Position numbers and translations under genes: made by a program. This document shows, in pieces, positions 9,869 through 19,775 of a stretch of DNA of 64,000 bases (its first letter is position 1; the number at the start of each line of letters is the position of its first letter). Where the stretch lies: contig JBJHCF010000018.1 of NCBI GenBank assembly GCA_050506795.1, positions 1 through 64,000 of the forward strand, given 5' to 3'. This DNA comes from Opitutia bacterium (GTDB lineage Bacteria; Verrucomicrobiota; Verrucomicrobiia; Opitutales; T3Sed10-336). The notes below the pieces were generated by a model, which was given only the letters and a program-made list of their open reading frames with translations, did no database searches and was not told the origin of the DNA.

Positions 9869-11431
9869 TCACCCTTCGCCCACTTCCTGACGGAACCAGA
9901 TCTCGAAACGCCGGGCGGCCTCCTCCGCGGTAACCAGGGGAACCCCGCCCAGACGCTCGACGCGCGCGGCTTCATCCGGACCGAAAACCCGCACGAAAAC
10001 CGGCACCCGGCCGACCCGCACGTACCGCAGCACCCGTTCGGAATCGGCCACCCCGCTGAGCGAGGAAACGATCAGTTTCGCCCGGCGGGCGCCGGCTTCC
10101 TGAAGAATGCGCTCGTTGGAGGCGTCACCCCGCAGGCAGGGAATATTCTCCCGGGACAACGCCCGGATGCGGGCCGGATCGTCGTCGACAACCAACACTC
10201 GATGGCCGGAGTCGCGCAGTGGTTTGAATAGGCGCTGACCCTGGCTCCCGTATCCGAGCAACAGGACGTGATCCTCCGGTTCGCTGACCTCCCCGCTAAT
10301 CCGGTCACGGAACGGTCGTAACCGCATGAGGGTTCGCGCGGTGCCGTCCGTGGCGATGAACGGAGTCAGGGTCATGGTCAGCACGGTGAACAACGCGATG
10401 ATGGCAAAAACCTCCTCGGAGATCTGCCCCAGGAACAGTCCGTACAATCCGATCAGCAGGGAAAACTCACTGGTTTGGGCCAGAAGCAGCCCGCTTTCCA
10501 ACGAGGCCCGGTAGGATAACCCCGTTCGCTCGCCCACGAAGGCCACCAACGGGGGGGTCAGGACAATGACAAACAGGACGAAAAACAGCGCCTGGAAAAA
10601 CGCCTCCCCCGAAGGCACGGTGAGCAGCATACCGAGCGCGATAAAAAAAATCGCCAGGAAAAAGTCCGAAAGTGAATTAATGAGACCACGCGCCACGCCA
10701 TTGACCGGGAAAGATGACAGGGATACTCCGGCCAAAAACGCTCCGACCACCAGGGGCAGGCCGAGAAGATAGGCCAGCCCCATAAAAACGAACAAGGCGG
10801 ACAACGTGATCAGCAGCAGCGGTTCCTCATCGAGTTTCCGTCCAATCAACAAATAGGGCATCACCCAGCGCAGGCAGACCCAGGCCACGGCGAAGAGCAG
10901 AATCGTTCCGGCCAGGCCGCTAAGGACTCCGGCCCAGCCATCTGGCAAGGTCAGGACCACGACGATGAGCACCATGACAAACACGTCCTGCAGCAGCAGC
11001 ACTCCGTTGACCAGGCGACCGAACGGCTCGAACATCTGCTGGCGACCTTTGAGATGTCTCACGACGACCAATGTGGAACTGGCGCACAACGCAAGAGCCA
11101 GGTACAACGCCGCCGTGGTTTCGAATCCCATAAGCAACGCCAGCAGAAAACCCGCGGCGCCGAGCCCGAGGAATTGAGCGATTCCCACGATCCAAACCGC
11201 CCGCCGCTGCCGGCCGGCCCGCCGGGGATTCAGCTCGATTCCCATGGCGAATGCGAGAAAGGTCAGGCCCAGGATCACGGCTCCGGTCAACTCCTCCCGT
11301 TCGAACGAAAAACCCAGATAGGGCAAGGTGAATCCGGTCACCAGCAGCACCGGAATGACGGGAAGCCGAAGTAAACGGGAAAGGCCGTATCCGGCGGCGG
11401 CGGCCGCGAGCAAAAAGGTCAGTTCTGTCAT
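9869..11431 (-). CDS. CPA2 cation:proton antiporter with TrkA-N domain (Kef-like), paralogue 2
   Basis: Multiple TM segments; SSTLVVV, LLLQD and AQTSEFS motifs; C-terminal GYGSQG Rossmann domain. Confidence 0.9.
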   Translation of the reverse strand: MTELTFLLAAAAAGYGLSRLLRLPVIPVLLVTGFTLPYLGFSFEREELTGAVILGLTFLAFAMGIELNPRRAGRQRRAVWIVGIAQFLGLGAAGFLLALLMGFETTAALYLALALCASSTLVVVRHLKGRQQMFEPFGRLVNGVLLLQDVFVMVLIVVVLTLPDGWAGVLSGLAGTILLFAVAWVCLRWVMPYLLIGRKLDEEPLLLITLSALFVFMGLAYLLGLPLVVGAFLAGVSLSSFPVNGVARGLINSLSDFFLAIFFIALGMLLTVPSGEAFFQALFFVLFVIVLTPPLVAFVGERTGLSYRASLESGLLLAQTSEFSLLIGLYGLFLGQISEEVFAIIALFTVLTMTLTPFIATDGTARTLMRLRPFRDRISGEVSEPEDHVLLLGYGSQGQRLFKPLRDSGHRVLVVDDDPARIRALSRENIPCLRGDASNERILQEAGARRAKLIVSSLSGVADSERVLRYVRVGRVPVFVRVFGPDEAARVERLGGVPLVTAEEAARRFEIWFRQEVGEG

Positions 11432-13062
11432 CCGTTCACGAAACCCCTCCTTTTGAGCTCTTCGATCTGCATGCGAATCCCGTCCACCTGCGGTGTCATC
11501 AGGTACTGCGCCCCCAACTCCACCAGTTCATCGGCCAGGGACAAATCGAAGGCATGCACCGCGCAAGGGATGCCCCGCGACCGCGCCCGGTAGGTCAGCA
11601 AGTCGTTGGTGTCCTCGATCTGCAAAGCCGACACGACCAGTCGGGCATGAGCCAGACCGGCATCCTCCAGAACCGAGAGGTACTCCACATTGCCCAACAT
11701 CGTCTCGCAGGGAAGCCCCTTGAACTTGCCCGGATCGGTATCGATGGCCAAAACCCGCTCCCCTCCCCGGCAAAGGCGTTTCACGATCTCGCGGCCCAGC
11801 GGATTCATGCCCACCACAATGACATGTCCCTCACGTTCGTGTCTTTCCTCAACCTCCTCTTCCTGAGCGGCCTTGAACGGGCGAAGAAGCCCGAAACGCC
11901 GAACAAAGCGATACAGAGGTTCGCTATAGAGGATCATGTAGGCCGAAGCCCCAATGGTCACCACCCCAACCACCGCCACGATCGACAGGATAGAGGCGTC
12001 GATGAGATTGGCTCCCACTCCCATAGCGGCGAAAATAAAGGAAAACTCGCTGATCTGCGCCACCGTCACACTGGTGAAAAAGGAGGTCTTCTCCCCGTAA
12101 CCCATACGGGCGATGATCAGCATAAAAATGAACGGATTGCCGATAAGGACAAATAAGGAAAGCACCACCACCGGAATCCACTGATCCAGAGCGGCGCCAA
12201 ACTCCATTTGTATCCCCAGAGTCACAAAAAAAATCGCGATGAAGAAGTTCATCAGCGGATGCACCCGGCGGCGCAGATCCTCGTTGTAGGGAAGTTGGGC
12301 CAGGCTAAGCCCCGCGATAAAAGCACCGATCTCGAGCGAAAGTTCCATCACCTCCGCCCCGGAAACGATGACGAAGCACCAGCAAAGGCTCCAGACGAAG
12401 ATGGTCTCCGGGGAACGGGCGGCCCAGGCGAACGGGCGAGGTAAAAGGTAGCGTGAGGCCACCAGCACCACGGCCAGAAGCAGGGCCATTCCACCGAACG
12501 CCTTTCCCAACCCCCACAAAGTTTGTCCCAACTCCACGGTCTCGGCGGCGCCAAGGCCCGCCAGGAAGGTCAGCACCACGATCACCACGATGTCCTGGAC
12601 CAGAAAGATCCCCACCGCGATGCGTCCGTACAGCGAGTTCAGGTCTCCCTTCTGGTCCAGAAGCTTCACCACCACCACCGTACTGCTGAAAGTCAGCGCC
12701 GTGGCCAGAAACAAGGCCTCCATCAGATCGAACCCCAGAACCCAGGAAACGGCAAACCCGCCGGCCGCCGTGAAAACCACCTGACCGATCCCGGCCGCCA
12801 CCGCCACTTTGCCGACCGACTTCACCTTGTCGAAACTCAGTTCCAGGCCCACCAGGAAGAGCAGCAGAGCGATCCCGACCTCGGCGATCAACTCCATCGC
12901 GTGGGAAAGCTCCACCACCCCGGTTACCGGCCCAAGTGCCAGACCCGCCACGATGTAGGCCACGATCGCCGGCACCCGGGCCACCCGCACTCCCAGGCTG
13001 AAAACAACGGCCGCCAGGATTATGATCCCAAGATTGTAAATAAACTCCGGCTCATCAAACAT
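11428..13062 (-). CDS. CPA2 cation:proton antiporter with TrkA-N domain (Kef-like), paralogue 1
   Basis: LFLVGLEL, SSTVVVVKLL, FLVQD and AQISEFS motifs; C-terminal RCK domain. Confidence 0.9.
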   Translation of the reverse strand: MFDEPEFIYNLGIIILAAVVFSLGVRVARVPAIVAYIVAGLALGPVTGVVELSHAMELIAEVGIALLLFLVGLELSFDKVKSVGKVAVAAGIGQVVFTAAGGFAVSWVLGFDLMEALFLATALTFSSTVVVVKLLDQKGDLNSLYGRIAVGIFLVQDIVVIVVLTFLAGLGAAETVELGQTLWGLGKAFGGMALLLAVVLVASRYLLPRPFAWAARSPETIFVWSLCWCFVIVSGAEVMELSLEIGAFIAGLSLAQLPYNEDLRRRVHPLMNFFIAIFFVTLGIQMEFGAALDQWIPVVVLSLFVLIGNPFIFMLIIARMGYGEKTSFFTSVTVAQISEFSFIFAAMGVGANLIDASILSIVAVVGVVTIGASAYMILYSEPLYRFVRRFGLLRPFKAAQEEEVEERHEREGHVIVVGMNPLGREIVKRLCRGGERVLAIDTDPGKFKGLPCETMLGNVEYLSVLEDAGLAHARLVVSALQIEDTNDLLTYRARSRGIPCAVHAFDLSLADELVELGAQYLMTPQVDGIRMQIEELKRRGFVNG

Positions 13063-13274
13063 ACCGTATTCGCATTATTCAACCTCTAGCACCAGAAAAC
13101 CGGTTTTTTGCCAACGCTTGGCAACAAAACCATTGATCCTCCCGCTCTTCAAGACCTTCGACCGAAGACTGGACAAAAGAAAGGGTCTGTGGTAGAAAAT
13201 CATTATTACCGAAGGACGAATCTTGGAAGGTCAAGTGCGGCCTCGGTCAAGCCACTTTCGATCCGGGATCGGAT

Positions 13275-14570
13275 ATGAAAATCCTCCACCTCACCAATTA
13301 CTACCCCCCGTTCTATGAAGGGAGCGCGGAAATCCAGTGTCAGCAATTGGTGGAGCAAATCGGCGAACTCGGCGGACGCGAACAACAGGTGCTGACCTCG
13401 GACTTCGTGCCGGCCGAAAAGCAATCCGGCGCCAGCGACGTCTGGCGCCAACTCCAGATCGCCGATCGAAATGCCGGTCAGAAAAACGTGTTTCGTGAAC
13501 TGAAGCTGCACGATACCAACGGCCAGCAGCCGTTCTGGAAACTGTTCCGCCACGAGCGCGACAACGTCGAAGTCTTCCAGCGCCGGGTGGACGCGTTCAA
13601 TCCCGACTTGATTTTCATCTGGGGCTTCCAGGGGCTTTCCGGATCCCTGCTTTTCAACTTGGAAAACTCCGGCATCCCCTGTGTCTACGGAGTGCTCAAC
13701 AAATGGCTTACCCTGTGGCTGAAAAAAGAACCCTGGCTGGACATGTGGTATCACGACAGCCGGGTGAACGAATCGGTATTCAAGAACCTGATCGAAGGGA
13801 TGCACCTCAGCGAGCCGATTCGCCGCAAGGCGCCGTTCGGCGATCCCAGGACACTCGCGCTTCAGAACTGCTTCTTCTGCTCAAAATCCCTGAAACAAGG
13901 CACCCGGCGCGATGGGTTCGCGGTCGATCAAGCGGAAATCATCCCCTGCGGGGTGCCGGTGGAAAAGTTCTATCGCAAAGAAAACTATCCGGCCCAGTTG
14001 CGACACCTCCTTTACCTCGGTCGCCTCAACGCGGACAAAGATCCGCTGACCGCCGTCCAGGCACTGGAGATCCTCCACCGGGCGGGACACACCGAGTTCA
14101 CCCTGGACATCCACGGACACGGTGACCCCGCCTACGAAGCCAAACTGCGGGATGCCATTGTCCGAAGCAATCTTCGCGGAGCGGTCAGTTTTCGGGGCAC
14201 CAGTGAGGAACAGCAGCACGTCACCCTTTATTCCTACGACATGCTGCTCGCCACCTCCCGCTGGGACGAACCATTTCCCCTCATGCAACTCAAAGCCATG
14301 GCCGCCGGGCTTCCCGTAATCAGCACCCTGGAAGGCGGGCACGTCGAACTCATTCGCGACGGGGAGAACGCCCTGGCATTCAAGACCAGTCATCCGGAGG
14401 ATCTGGCCGAAAAAATCCTCGAGCTTTCCCACAATTCCGCTCTGGTTAAGAAACTGACCACCAACGCGTACGAGGAAGTGAGCACCCGCTTCTCGCTCAA
14501 GCACGTCGCCGCCCAGGTGGACGCCTTTATCGGGAAAGCCCTTCACCCCGCCACGGAGTCGTCAGCCTGA
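13275..14570 (+). CDS. Glycosyltransferase family 4
   Basis: MKILHLTNYYPP, LYLGRL..DK and EPFPLMQLKAMAAGLPVI motifs. Confidence 0.88.
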   Translation: MKILHLTNYYPPFYEGSAEIQCQQLVEQIGELGGREQQVLTSDFVPAEKQSGASDVWRQLQIADRNAGQKNVFRELKLHDTNGQQPFWKLFRHERDNVEVFQRRVDAFNPDLIFIWGFQGLSGSLLFNLENSGIPCVYGVLNKWLTLWLKKEPWLDMWYHDSRVNESVFKNLIEGMHLSEPIRRKAPFGDPRTLALQNCFFCSKSLKQGTRRDGFAVDQAEIIPCGVPVEKFYRKENYPAQLRHLLYLGRLNADKDPLTAVQALEILHRAGHTEFTLDIHGHGDPAYEAKLRDAIVRSNLRGAVSFRGTSEEQQHVTLYSYDMLLATSRWDEPFPLMQLKAMAAGLPVISTLEGGHVELIRDGENALAFKTSHPEDLAEKILELSHNSALVKKLTTNAYEEVSTRFSLKHVAAQVDAFIGKALHPATESSA

Positions 14571-15251
14571 GGACCGGGGGGCATTCATCTCCGCCTCGTC
14601 CGAGGGCACCAGGGACAGCAGCGTTCGGCGCCAGCGCTCGGCGCATTCTCCGATCGTGCAGTCGGCGGTGGAGGTCTCCACCCGCAAACGGACCGTCAAA
14701 CGGGAAAACGGCTTCGGCAGAAAAAAACGGTCCCAGCTTCGCAAACGCCAGGCGGAGGAGAAGGCCACATTGAACAGCAGCACCTTGGCTCCAGTCCGGG
14801 CCGCCAGCATGGGCGCTCCTGCCTTGAAGCTGTAGGCCGGCCCTCGCGGCCCGTCCGGAGTGATTCCGATATCAGAACCCTCCCGCAAACGGGTCTCCAA
14901 CTCGCGCATTGCCTCCCGGCCCCGCCGGCTGCTCGAGCCCCGCACCGCGTGCAGCCCGTTCAAGGCCATAAAGTCAGCCAACCAGGCGCCGTCGCGGCTC
15001 GCGCTGATCAGGCAATAGGTAGTCCGATCCCGGCGAAACCGGCGATACAGCTCCGCGGCCACAAAAAGCCGGTTGTGCCAAAAAACCAGGATTATGGGAC
15101 CGGTCGCCTCCTCCAGGCGACGACGCGAGTCCTCGTCCAGTTCCACCCGCAGCGTGCGCGACCAGAGGCGCATTCCGGCGGCCAGTGGCCAAAGGAGCAA
15201 CCTCCTCCAGGTGTTGAGCGAATGAATCTGCCGGCTTTTCAAGCCTACCAA
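14562..15251 (-). CDS. DUF374 / lysophospholipid acyltransferase family protein
   Basis: FWHNR, SASRDG, VRGSSSRRG, ITPDGPRGP and SWDRFFLPKPF motifs. Confidence 0.88.
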   Translation of the reverse strand: MVGLKSRQIHSLNTWRRLLLWPLAAGMRLWSRTLRVELDEDSRRRLEEATGPIILVFWHNRLFVAAELYRRFRRDRTTYCLISASRDGAWLADFMALNGLHAVRGSSSRRGREAMRELETRLREGSDIGITPDGPRGPAYSFKAGAPMLAARTGAKVLLFNVAFSSAWRLRSWDRFFLPKPFSRLTVRLRVETSTADCTIGECAERWRRTLLSLVPSDEAEMNAPRSSG

Positions 15252-15419
15252 TCAAAAGACCCCGAACAAAGGAGTCGACTAGAATCCTAAAACCTCGAAA
15301 GTTGTTGTAGTTAAGTCCAGTTTTTCAAATGGATGCGAAAAAAAGTAGCTCACGCTTCCAGCGTGAATTTCGCACGCAAGATGCGTGCACTACTTCAGCT
15401 CTGAGGCTACGCCTCGCTG

Positions 15420-16427
15420 CTAGAATTCGCGCAGGCTCCCGCCGAAATCCCGTACCAGACGCCGCAGGTTTTCGGCGTCCGTCGCGCGCATCTCAAACCC
15501 GACCGCATGAATACGCACGGCGGACGATGCCTCCCGGCGCAATTGATCCAGAGTGGACCGCAGCCTGCTGTAGGGGATTTCAGGATACGTGTAGTTTCCC
15601 GGCGACCCTTCGCGACGGTTGAGCTGGCCGTCCGTCAGCAAAAAGATCACATCGGGATCGAAAGCGAACGCCGCGGCGAATCCCGCCTCATGCCCCAGCC
15701 AGTCATCATCCGGTCCCGCTCTCGGATTGCCTCTGAGATTGTCGGGCACCCACGCCCGCAACCGCTCCAGGTTCGCGGCGTTCGCCGGCGCCAAATGATC
15801 GGCAAACTTGCGCGCGCCCTGGCTGAATTGCACGATTCCGAACCGCGCCCCCGGCCCCAGCCCTTCGACCAGGGAAATCATCTCCTCCTGAATTCGCTCC
15901 ACCGTAACCCCGCGGTTGCGAGCCCGGTTGATCACCGAAGCGGATGTGTTCACCACCACGACGATACGGTTTCCCGCCGCCTCGATCCCGAAAAAGGACG
16001 CCGTTTCCCCCACGCCGCTCAGCCCGCCAAGCATATCGGCGATGCCCAGATCGCCCAGCAGGTTTTCCGAATCCATGGCGCTGAGATCGGCATCCGACAT
16101 GGACTCGACCCCGGCGAACGCCGCCGGCATCTCCGGGAGCCCATCCGGCAGCAGGGCGGAACTCGTCAGGCGCTCCCGTATGCCCGCCGCACCGGCCGCC
16201 CGCTGAAACTCGGAGACCGCCACCCGGTGCTCCCGCTCCCGCTGGGGAATGTGCACCGAAGCCGCCGCCTCGAACTCGGGTTCGGACTCTCCGGAAGGCG
16301 TCATGACCACCACCAGCCCGGCCCCGGCGACCAGCAATCCTTGTACCAGGATCGCCAGGAGAAAAGGTCCGCTTTTCCAGCCCGCCAGTCTCGCCGGCCG
16401 CCAGGTGTCGTGGGGGTAGTTTCGCAT
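15420..16427 (-). CDS. Membrane-anchored vWA-domain protein
   Basis: N-terminal TM; FFGI..IVVVVNTSAS (degenerate MIDAS), IFLLTDG and IHAVGF. Confidence 0.75.
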   Translation of the reverse strand: MRNYPHDTWRPARLAGWKSGPFLLAILVQGLLVAGAGLVVVMTPSGESEPEFEAAASVHIPQREREHRVAVSEFQRAAGAAGIRERLTSSALLPDGLPEMPAAFAGVESMSDADLSAMDSENLLGDLGIADMLGGLSGVGETASFFGIEAAGNRIVVVVNTSASVINRARNRGVTVERIQEEMISLVEGLGPGARFGIVQFSQGARKFADHLAPANAANLERLRAWVPDNLRGNPRAGPDDDWLGHEAGFAAAFAFDPDVIFLLTDGQLNRREGSPGNYTYPEIPYSRLRSTLDQLRREASSAVRIHAVGFEMRATDAENLRRLVRDFGGSLREF

Positions 16428-16562
16428 GGGGTGGATAATCAGGAACGAGGAACGCTGTTTCGCTCTCCAAATGACAACCGCGATTTGCTGGGATGAAAAG
16501 AAAAAAATCCTGCTATGGGTGCTTGACTCACCTCATTTCAATATCCACCCTGATCTTTTTCC

Positions 16563-16636
16563 GGGGTAGTAGCTCAGTTGGTTAGAGCGCCTGCCTGTCA
16601 CGCAGGAGGTCGCGGGTTCGAGTCCCGTCTATCCCG
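16563..16636 (+). tRNA. tRNA-Asp(GTC); CCA not encoded
   Basis: Full cloverleaf: acceptor GGGGTAG/CTATCCC, anticodon arm CCTGC-CTGTCAC-GCAGG, T loop TTCGAGT. Confidence 0.97.
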
Positions 16637-16700
16637 CCCCTTGGAAAGATTCCGCCGGAGTCCCGGCGGCCCTACGAAACCCTGGCACGGAGTAAAACTT

Positions 16701-17444
16701 ATGAAACGTTTCCTGAAAATTCCGGTTGTTTTAATCGCCCTGGCTTCGATCAACGCGCCTCTCTCCGCTGAAAGCGAAGAGGAGGAATTCGCCGCGCTCG
16801 TTTTTTCGCGCACGGAGGGATTCCGGCACGGCAGTATCGAGATCGGTCAGCAAACGATCGCGGAACTGGGCAGCCAGAACAGCTTCCGGGTCGAAGGCAC
16901 CGAGGATCCCTCGTGGTTCACCGCCGAACGTCTCGCCGATTTCGAGGTTGTGGTTTTTCTCAATACGACGGGAACCGTCCTGAACGCAGACCAAAAAGCC
17001 GCCTTTGAAGCTTATATTGAAAACGGCGGCGGCTTCGTCGGTGTTCACTCCGCCTCCGACACCGAATACGACTGGGAATGGTACGGCCGTCTGGTCGGCG
17101 CCTACTTCCGGAGTCACCCGCAAATCCAGGAAGCGGTGATCAAAGTCGAAAACCGTGAGCACCCTTCGACCGCCCACCTGGACGAAGAATGGGTGCGGAC
17201 TGACGAGTGGTACAACTTCCGCCAAAACCCGCGGGAAAACGTGAACGTCCTCCTTTCCCTCGACACGTCGAGTTTTGAGGGAAGCTCGATGATGGATGAC
17301 CATCCGATCGCCTGGTACCACAACGTCGGCGAGGGACGCGCCTTTTACACCGGGCTCGGTCACACCAACGAGTCCTATGCCGAAGAAGCTTTTCGGATCC
17401 ATCTCGTCGGCGCCCTGCGCTGGGCGGCTGGAAAAGTGGAATAA
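16701..17444 (+). CDS. Secreted ThuA-like domain protein
   Basis: Signal peptide; LVFSRTEGFRHGSI, GGGFVGVHSASDTEYDW, DEWYNF and FYTGLGH motifs. Confidence 0.9.
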   Translation: MKRFLKIPVVLIALASINAPLSAESEEEEFAALVFSRTEGFRHGSIEIGQQTIAELGSQNSFRVEGTEDPSWFTAERLADFEVVVFLNTTGTVLNADQKAAFEAYIENGGGFVGVHSASDTEYDWEWYGRLVGAYFRSHPQIQEAVIKVENREHPSTAHLDEEWVRTDEWYNFRQNPRENVNVLLSLDTSSFEGSSMMDDHPIAWYHNVGEGRAFYTGLGHTNESYAEEAFRIHLVGALRWAAGKVE

Positions 17445-17480
17445 CTCACATTCGGCCGCCGATTCGCGGCGGCCGAAGCG

Positions 17481-18608
17481 TCAATCGTCCCCAATCGCCT
17501 TGGCCGCAGGGGCGTGTGAAGCGGTGGACTCACGGATCACCAGGTCCACGCCGACGATTTCGTTACGGGCGTGAAACCGTTCGTCCACCGGCAGTCGAAT
17601 CAGTTCCAGCAGCATTTCCAGCGAGCGAGCGCCGATTTCGGTAAAGTTCTGGCGCACCGAAGTGAGCGTGGGAATCGCCAGGTGCGACGCCTCGATGTCA
17701 TCGCAGCCCATGAGCCAGACGTCCTCGGGCACACGAAGTCCCAATTCCTTAACCACCTTCAGCCCGACCAGCGCCTGGTAGTCATTGTAATAAAAAATCG
17801 CATCCGGGCGCCGCTTCAGCGACATCAGCTTCCTGGTCAATTCTCCCCCCGGATCCCCCTGGGGCGGCGCGATCATCACCCGCTCCTCCGGCAGAGCGTA
17901 ATTGCGATTGTTCAACGCCACCCGAAACCCCTGAAGGCGTTCCATGGTGTTGCTGAAGGTCGACATAATACAGGCGGGGCGCTTGGAACCGGCCTTGATC
18001 AGGTGCAGGGCCGCCACCTCGCCCATGGCGAAATTATCGGAGGCCACCAGCCAGCAGGGAATCCCTTCGATGGCCCGGTCGAGGAAAACCAATGGAAATC
18101 CGCTGGTGACCAGTCCGAGAATTGGTTTGATGGACTCCGGAGCCAAGCTCGGGAAATACAACGCTCCGTCGAATTCCTGACTCCTAAGGCGTTCGATACA
18201 CTCCTTCTCCACCTCCACATCCTCCTGGTAGTCGATGAAGGTCAAGGTCGCCTCGCCGCCGCCGCTGATGGTGCGGCGCATCCCCCGGGAAATTTCCCCC
18301 GGCATCTGCTGCCCCAGATTCGGAACAATCACGGCGATCTGCGCCGTCTTGGCTTTGGAGGAGAGCACAAATGTGCCGCGTCCCGCGTGCATGGAGATCA
18401 ATCCCTCACGTTCCAGAATCTTAAGAGCGTTGCGGGTAGTCAAATGGTTGACTTTGAATTCCTCCGAAAACTGCTTGGTGCTGGGCATTCGGGCGCCCTC
18501 GCAATATTCTCCAGAGTAGATGCGCTGGCGTATGGAATCAGCAAGCTGTTTATAGATTGGCGAGCTCCTCCCCCGCTGCACACCCCTGGCTTTGGATTTC
18601 TTTAACAT
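17481..18608 (-). CDS. GntR HTH fused to a LacI-type sugar-binding domain (AraR-like regulator)
   Basis: PIYKQL...RMPS...GRGTFV, then VFLDR, SDNF, RVPEDV and PTLTSVRQ. Confidence 0.9.
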   Translation of the reverse strand: MLKKSKARGVQRGRSSPIYKQLADSIRQRIYSGEYCEGARMPSTKQFSEEFKVNHLTTRNALKILEREGLISMHAGRGTFVLSSKAKTAQIAVIVPNLGQQMPGEISRGMRRTISGGGEATLTFIDYQEDVEVEKECIERLRSQEFDGALYFPSLAPESIKPILGLVTSGFPLVFLDRAIEGIPCWLVASDNFAMGEVAALHLIKAGSKRPACIMSTFSNTMERLQGFRVALNNRNYALPEERVMIAPPQGDPGGELTRKLMSLKRRPDAIFYYNDYQALVGLKVVKELGLRVPEDVWLMGCDDIEASHLAIPTLTSVRQNFTEIGARSLEMLLELIRLPVDERFHARNEIVGVDLVIRESTASHAPAAKAIGDD

Positions 18609-18977
18609 GATTACCTGCGATACACTTCGGATGAACAAAGAGACAAAAACCACCCGAAAATGACAATCCCAAAATCACCCGTATTACTATGAAGCATCGG
18701 ACCGCGAGAAGTTTCAACCTGCTGGTAAATGGCGGGAAACCGCATCACCCCCGCCCAATGGAACCCTCGGAAGCGACCGCCGGTCCCACCCCCGGCAGGA
18801 AATTTCAACCCGCGCACTCGGCGGACCGCGACGTTTCCGCACCTCGGATATTGACAACCAGTATATATAACCATGAAACTAAATTCAATGAACTCCCAAA
18901 TGCAAAGGCCCGGACCTGTTACGTTTTCATCTCGAATTTTTCCTTGTTTCCGGAGTCTTGCTGCCGTAACAAAAATC

Positions 18978-19775
18978 ATGAAACCCTCAACGTTAACCAA
19001 TAAACTCCGATTCATCAGGGGCACGGTCTTCCTTGCCTCTCTCACCTGCCTGGCATCTCTGATTGCCGCTCCGGCCCACGCCTACGAGGAAAACCGCAAC
19101 CCATTGGCCCATCCCATTCACTCGCATGACCGGGCGCAGCCGCCGGTTGTCGATCCGGGACCGCCAGTTCCCCCGGCGCCGGTTCCTTCCGATGCGATTG
19201 TCCTGTTCGACGGCTCCGGATTCGACCACTGGCAGAGTCACGACGGCGAAGAGGTTCCCTGGAACCTGGTGGACGGCGCCATGCAGGTGGTTCCGGGAAC
19301 GGGCGATATTCTAACGCGCGAACGTTTCGGCGACGTTCAGCTCTATATAGAGTTCAATCTGGACCCGGACTCACCCGGCAGCAGCCAGAGCAGGAGCAAC
19401 AGCGGAGTGTTTTTCGGCCCCTACGAGGTGCAAGTGCTCGATTCCTATGAGAACCCGACCTATCCGGACGGCCAGGCGGCCTCGATCTACGGGCAGTACC
19501 CGCCTCTGGTGAACGCCTCGCGGGCGCCAGGAGAGTGGCAGTCGTACAACATCATCTATCGGGCGCCTCGTTTTCAGGACGGAGTTGCGGTCGAACCGGC
19601 ACGCATCACCGTGTTTCACAATAACGTGCTGGTCCAGGACGGCGAGCCCCTGATCGGACCCACCTCGCATCAGATCCGCACCCACTATCAGCAACACGGA
19701 GACGTCCGGATCCGCCTCCAGGACCACGACGACGACCCGATATTATTCCGCAATATCTGGTTGCGTGAATTGTAA
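18978..19775 (+). CDS. DUF1080 (3-keto-disaccharide hydrolase family) secreted protein
   Basis: PSDAIVLFDG, NSGVF..YEVQVLDS, GEWQSY and LQDH..FRNIW motifs. Confidence 0.9.
   Translation: MKPSTLTNKLRFIRGTVFLASLTCLASLIAAPAHAYEENRNPLAHPIHSHDRAQPPVVDPGPPVPPAPVPSDAIVLFDGSGFDHWQSHDGEEVPWNLVDGAMQVVPGTGDILTRERFGDVQLYIEFNLDPDSPGSSQSRSNSGVFFGPYEVQVLDSYENPTYPDGQAASIYGQYPPLVNASRAPGEWQSYNIIYRAPRFQDGVAVEPARITVFHNNVLVQDGEPLIGPTSHQIRTHYQQHGDVRIRLQDHDDDPILFRNIWLREL

Noticed and set aside
16578..16700. N-terminal extension of the ThuA ORF (MVRAPACHAGGRGFES)
   Set aside because: This is translation through the tRNA-Asp gene. The likely start is ATG 16701.
16563..16700. tRNA-Asp as an integration site
   Set aside because: No adjacent integrase and no duplicated tRNA 3' end seen in the window.
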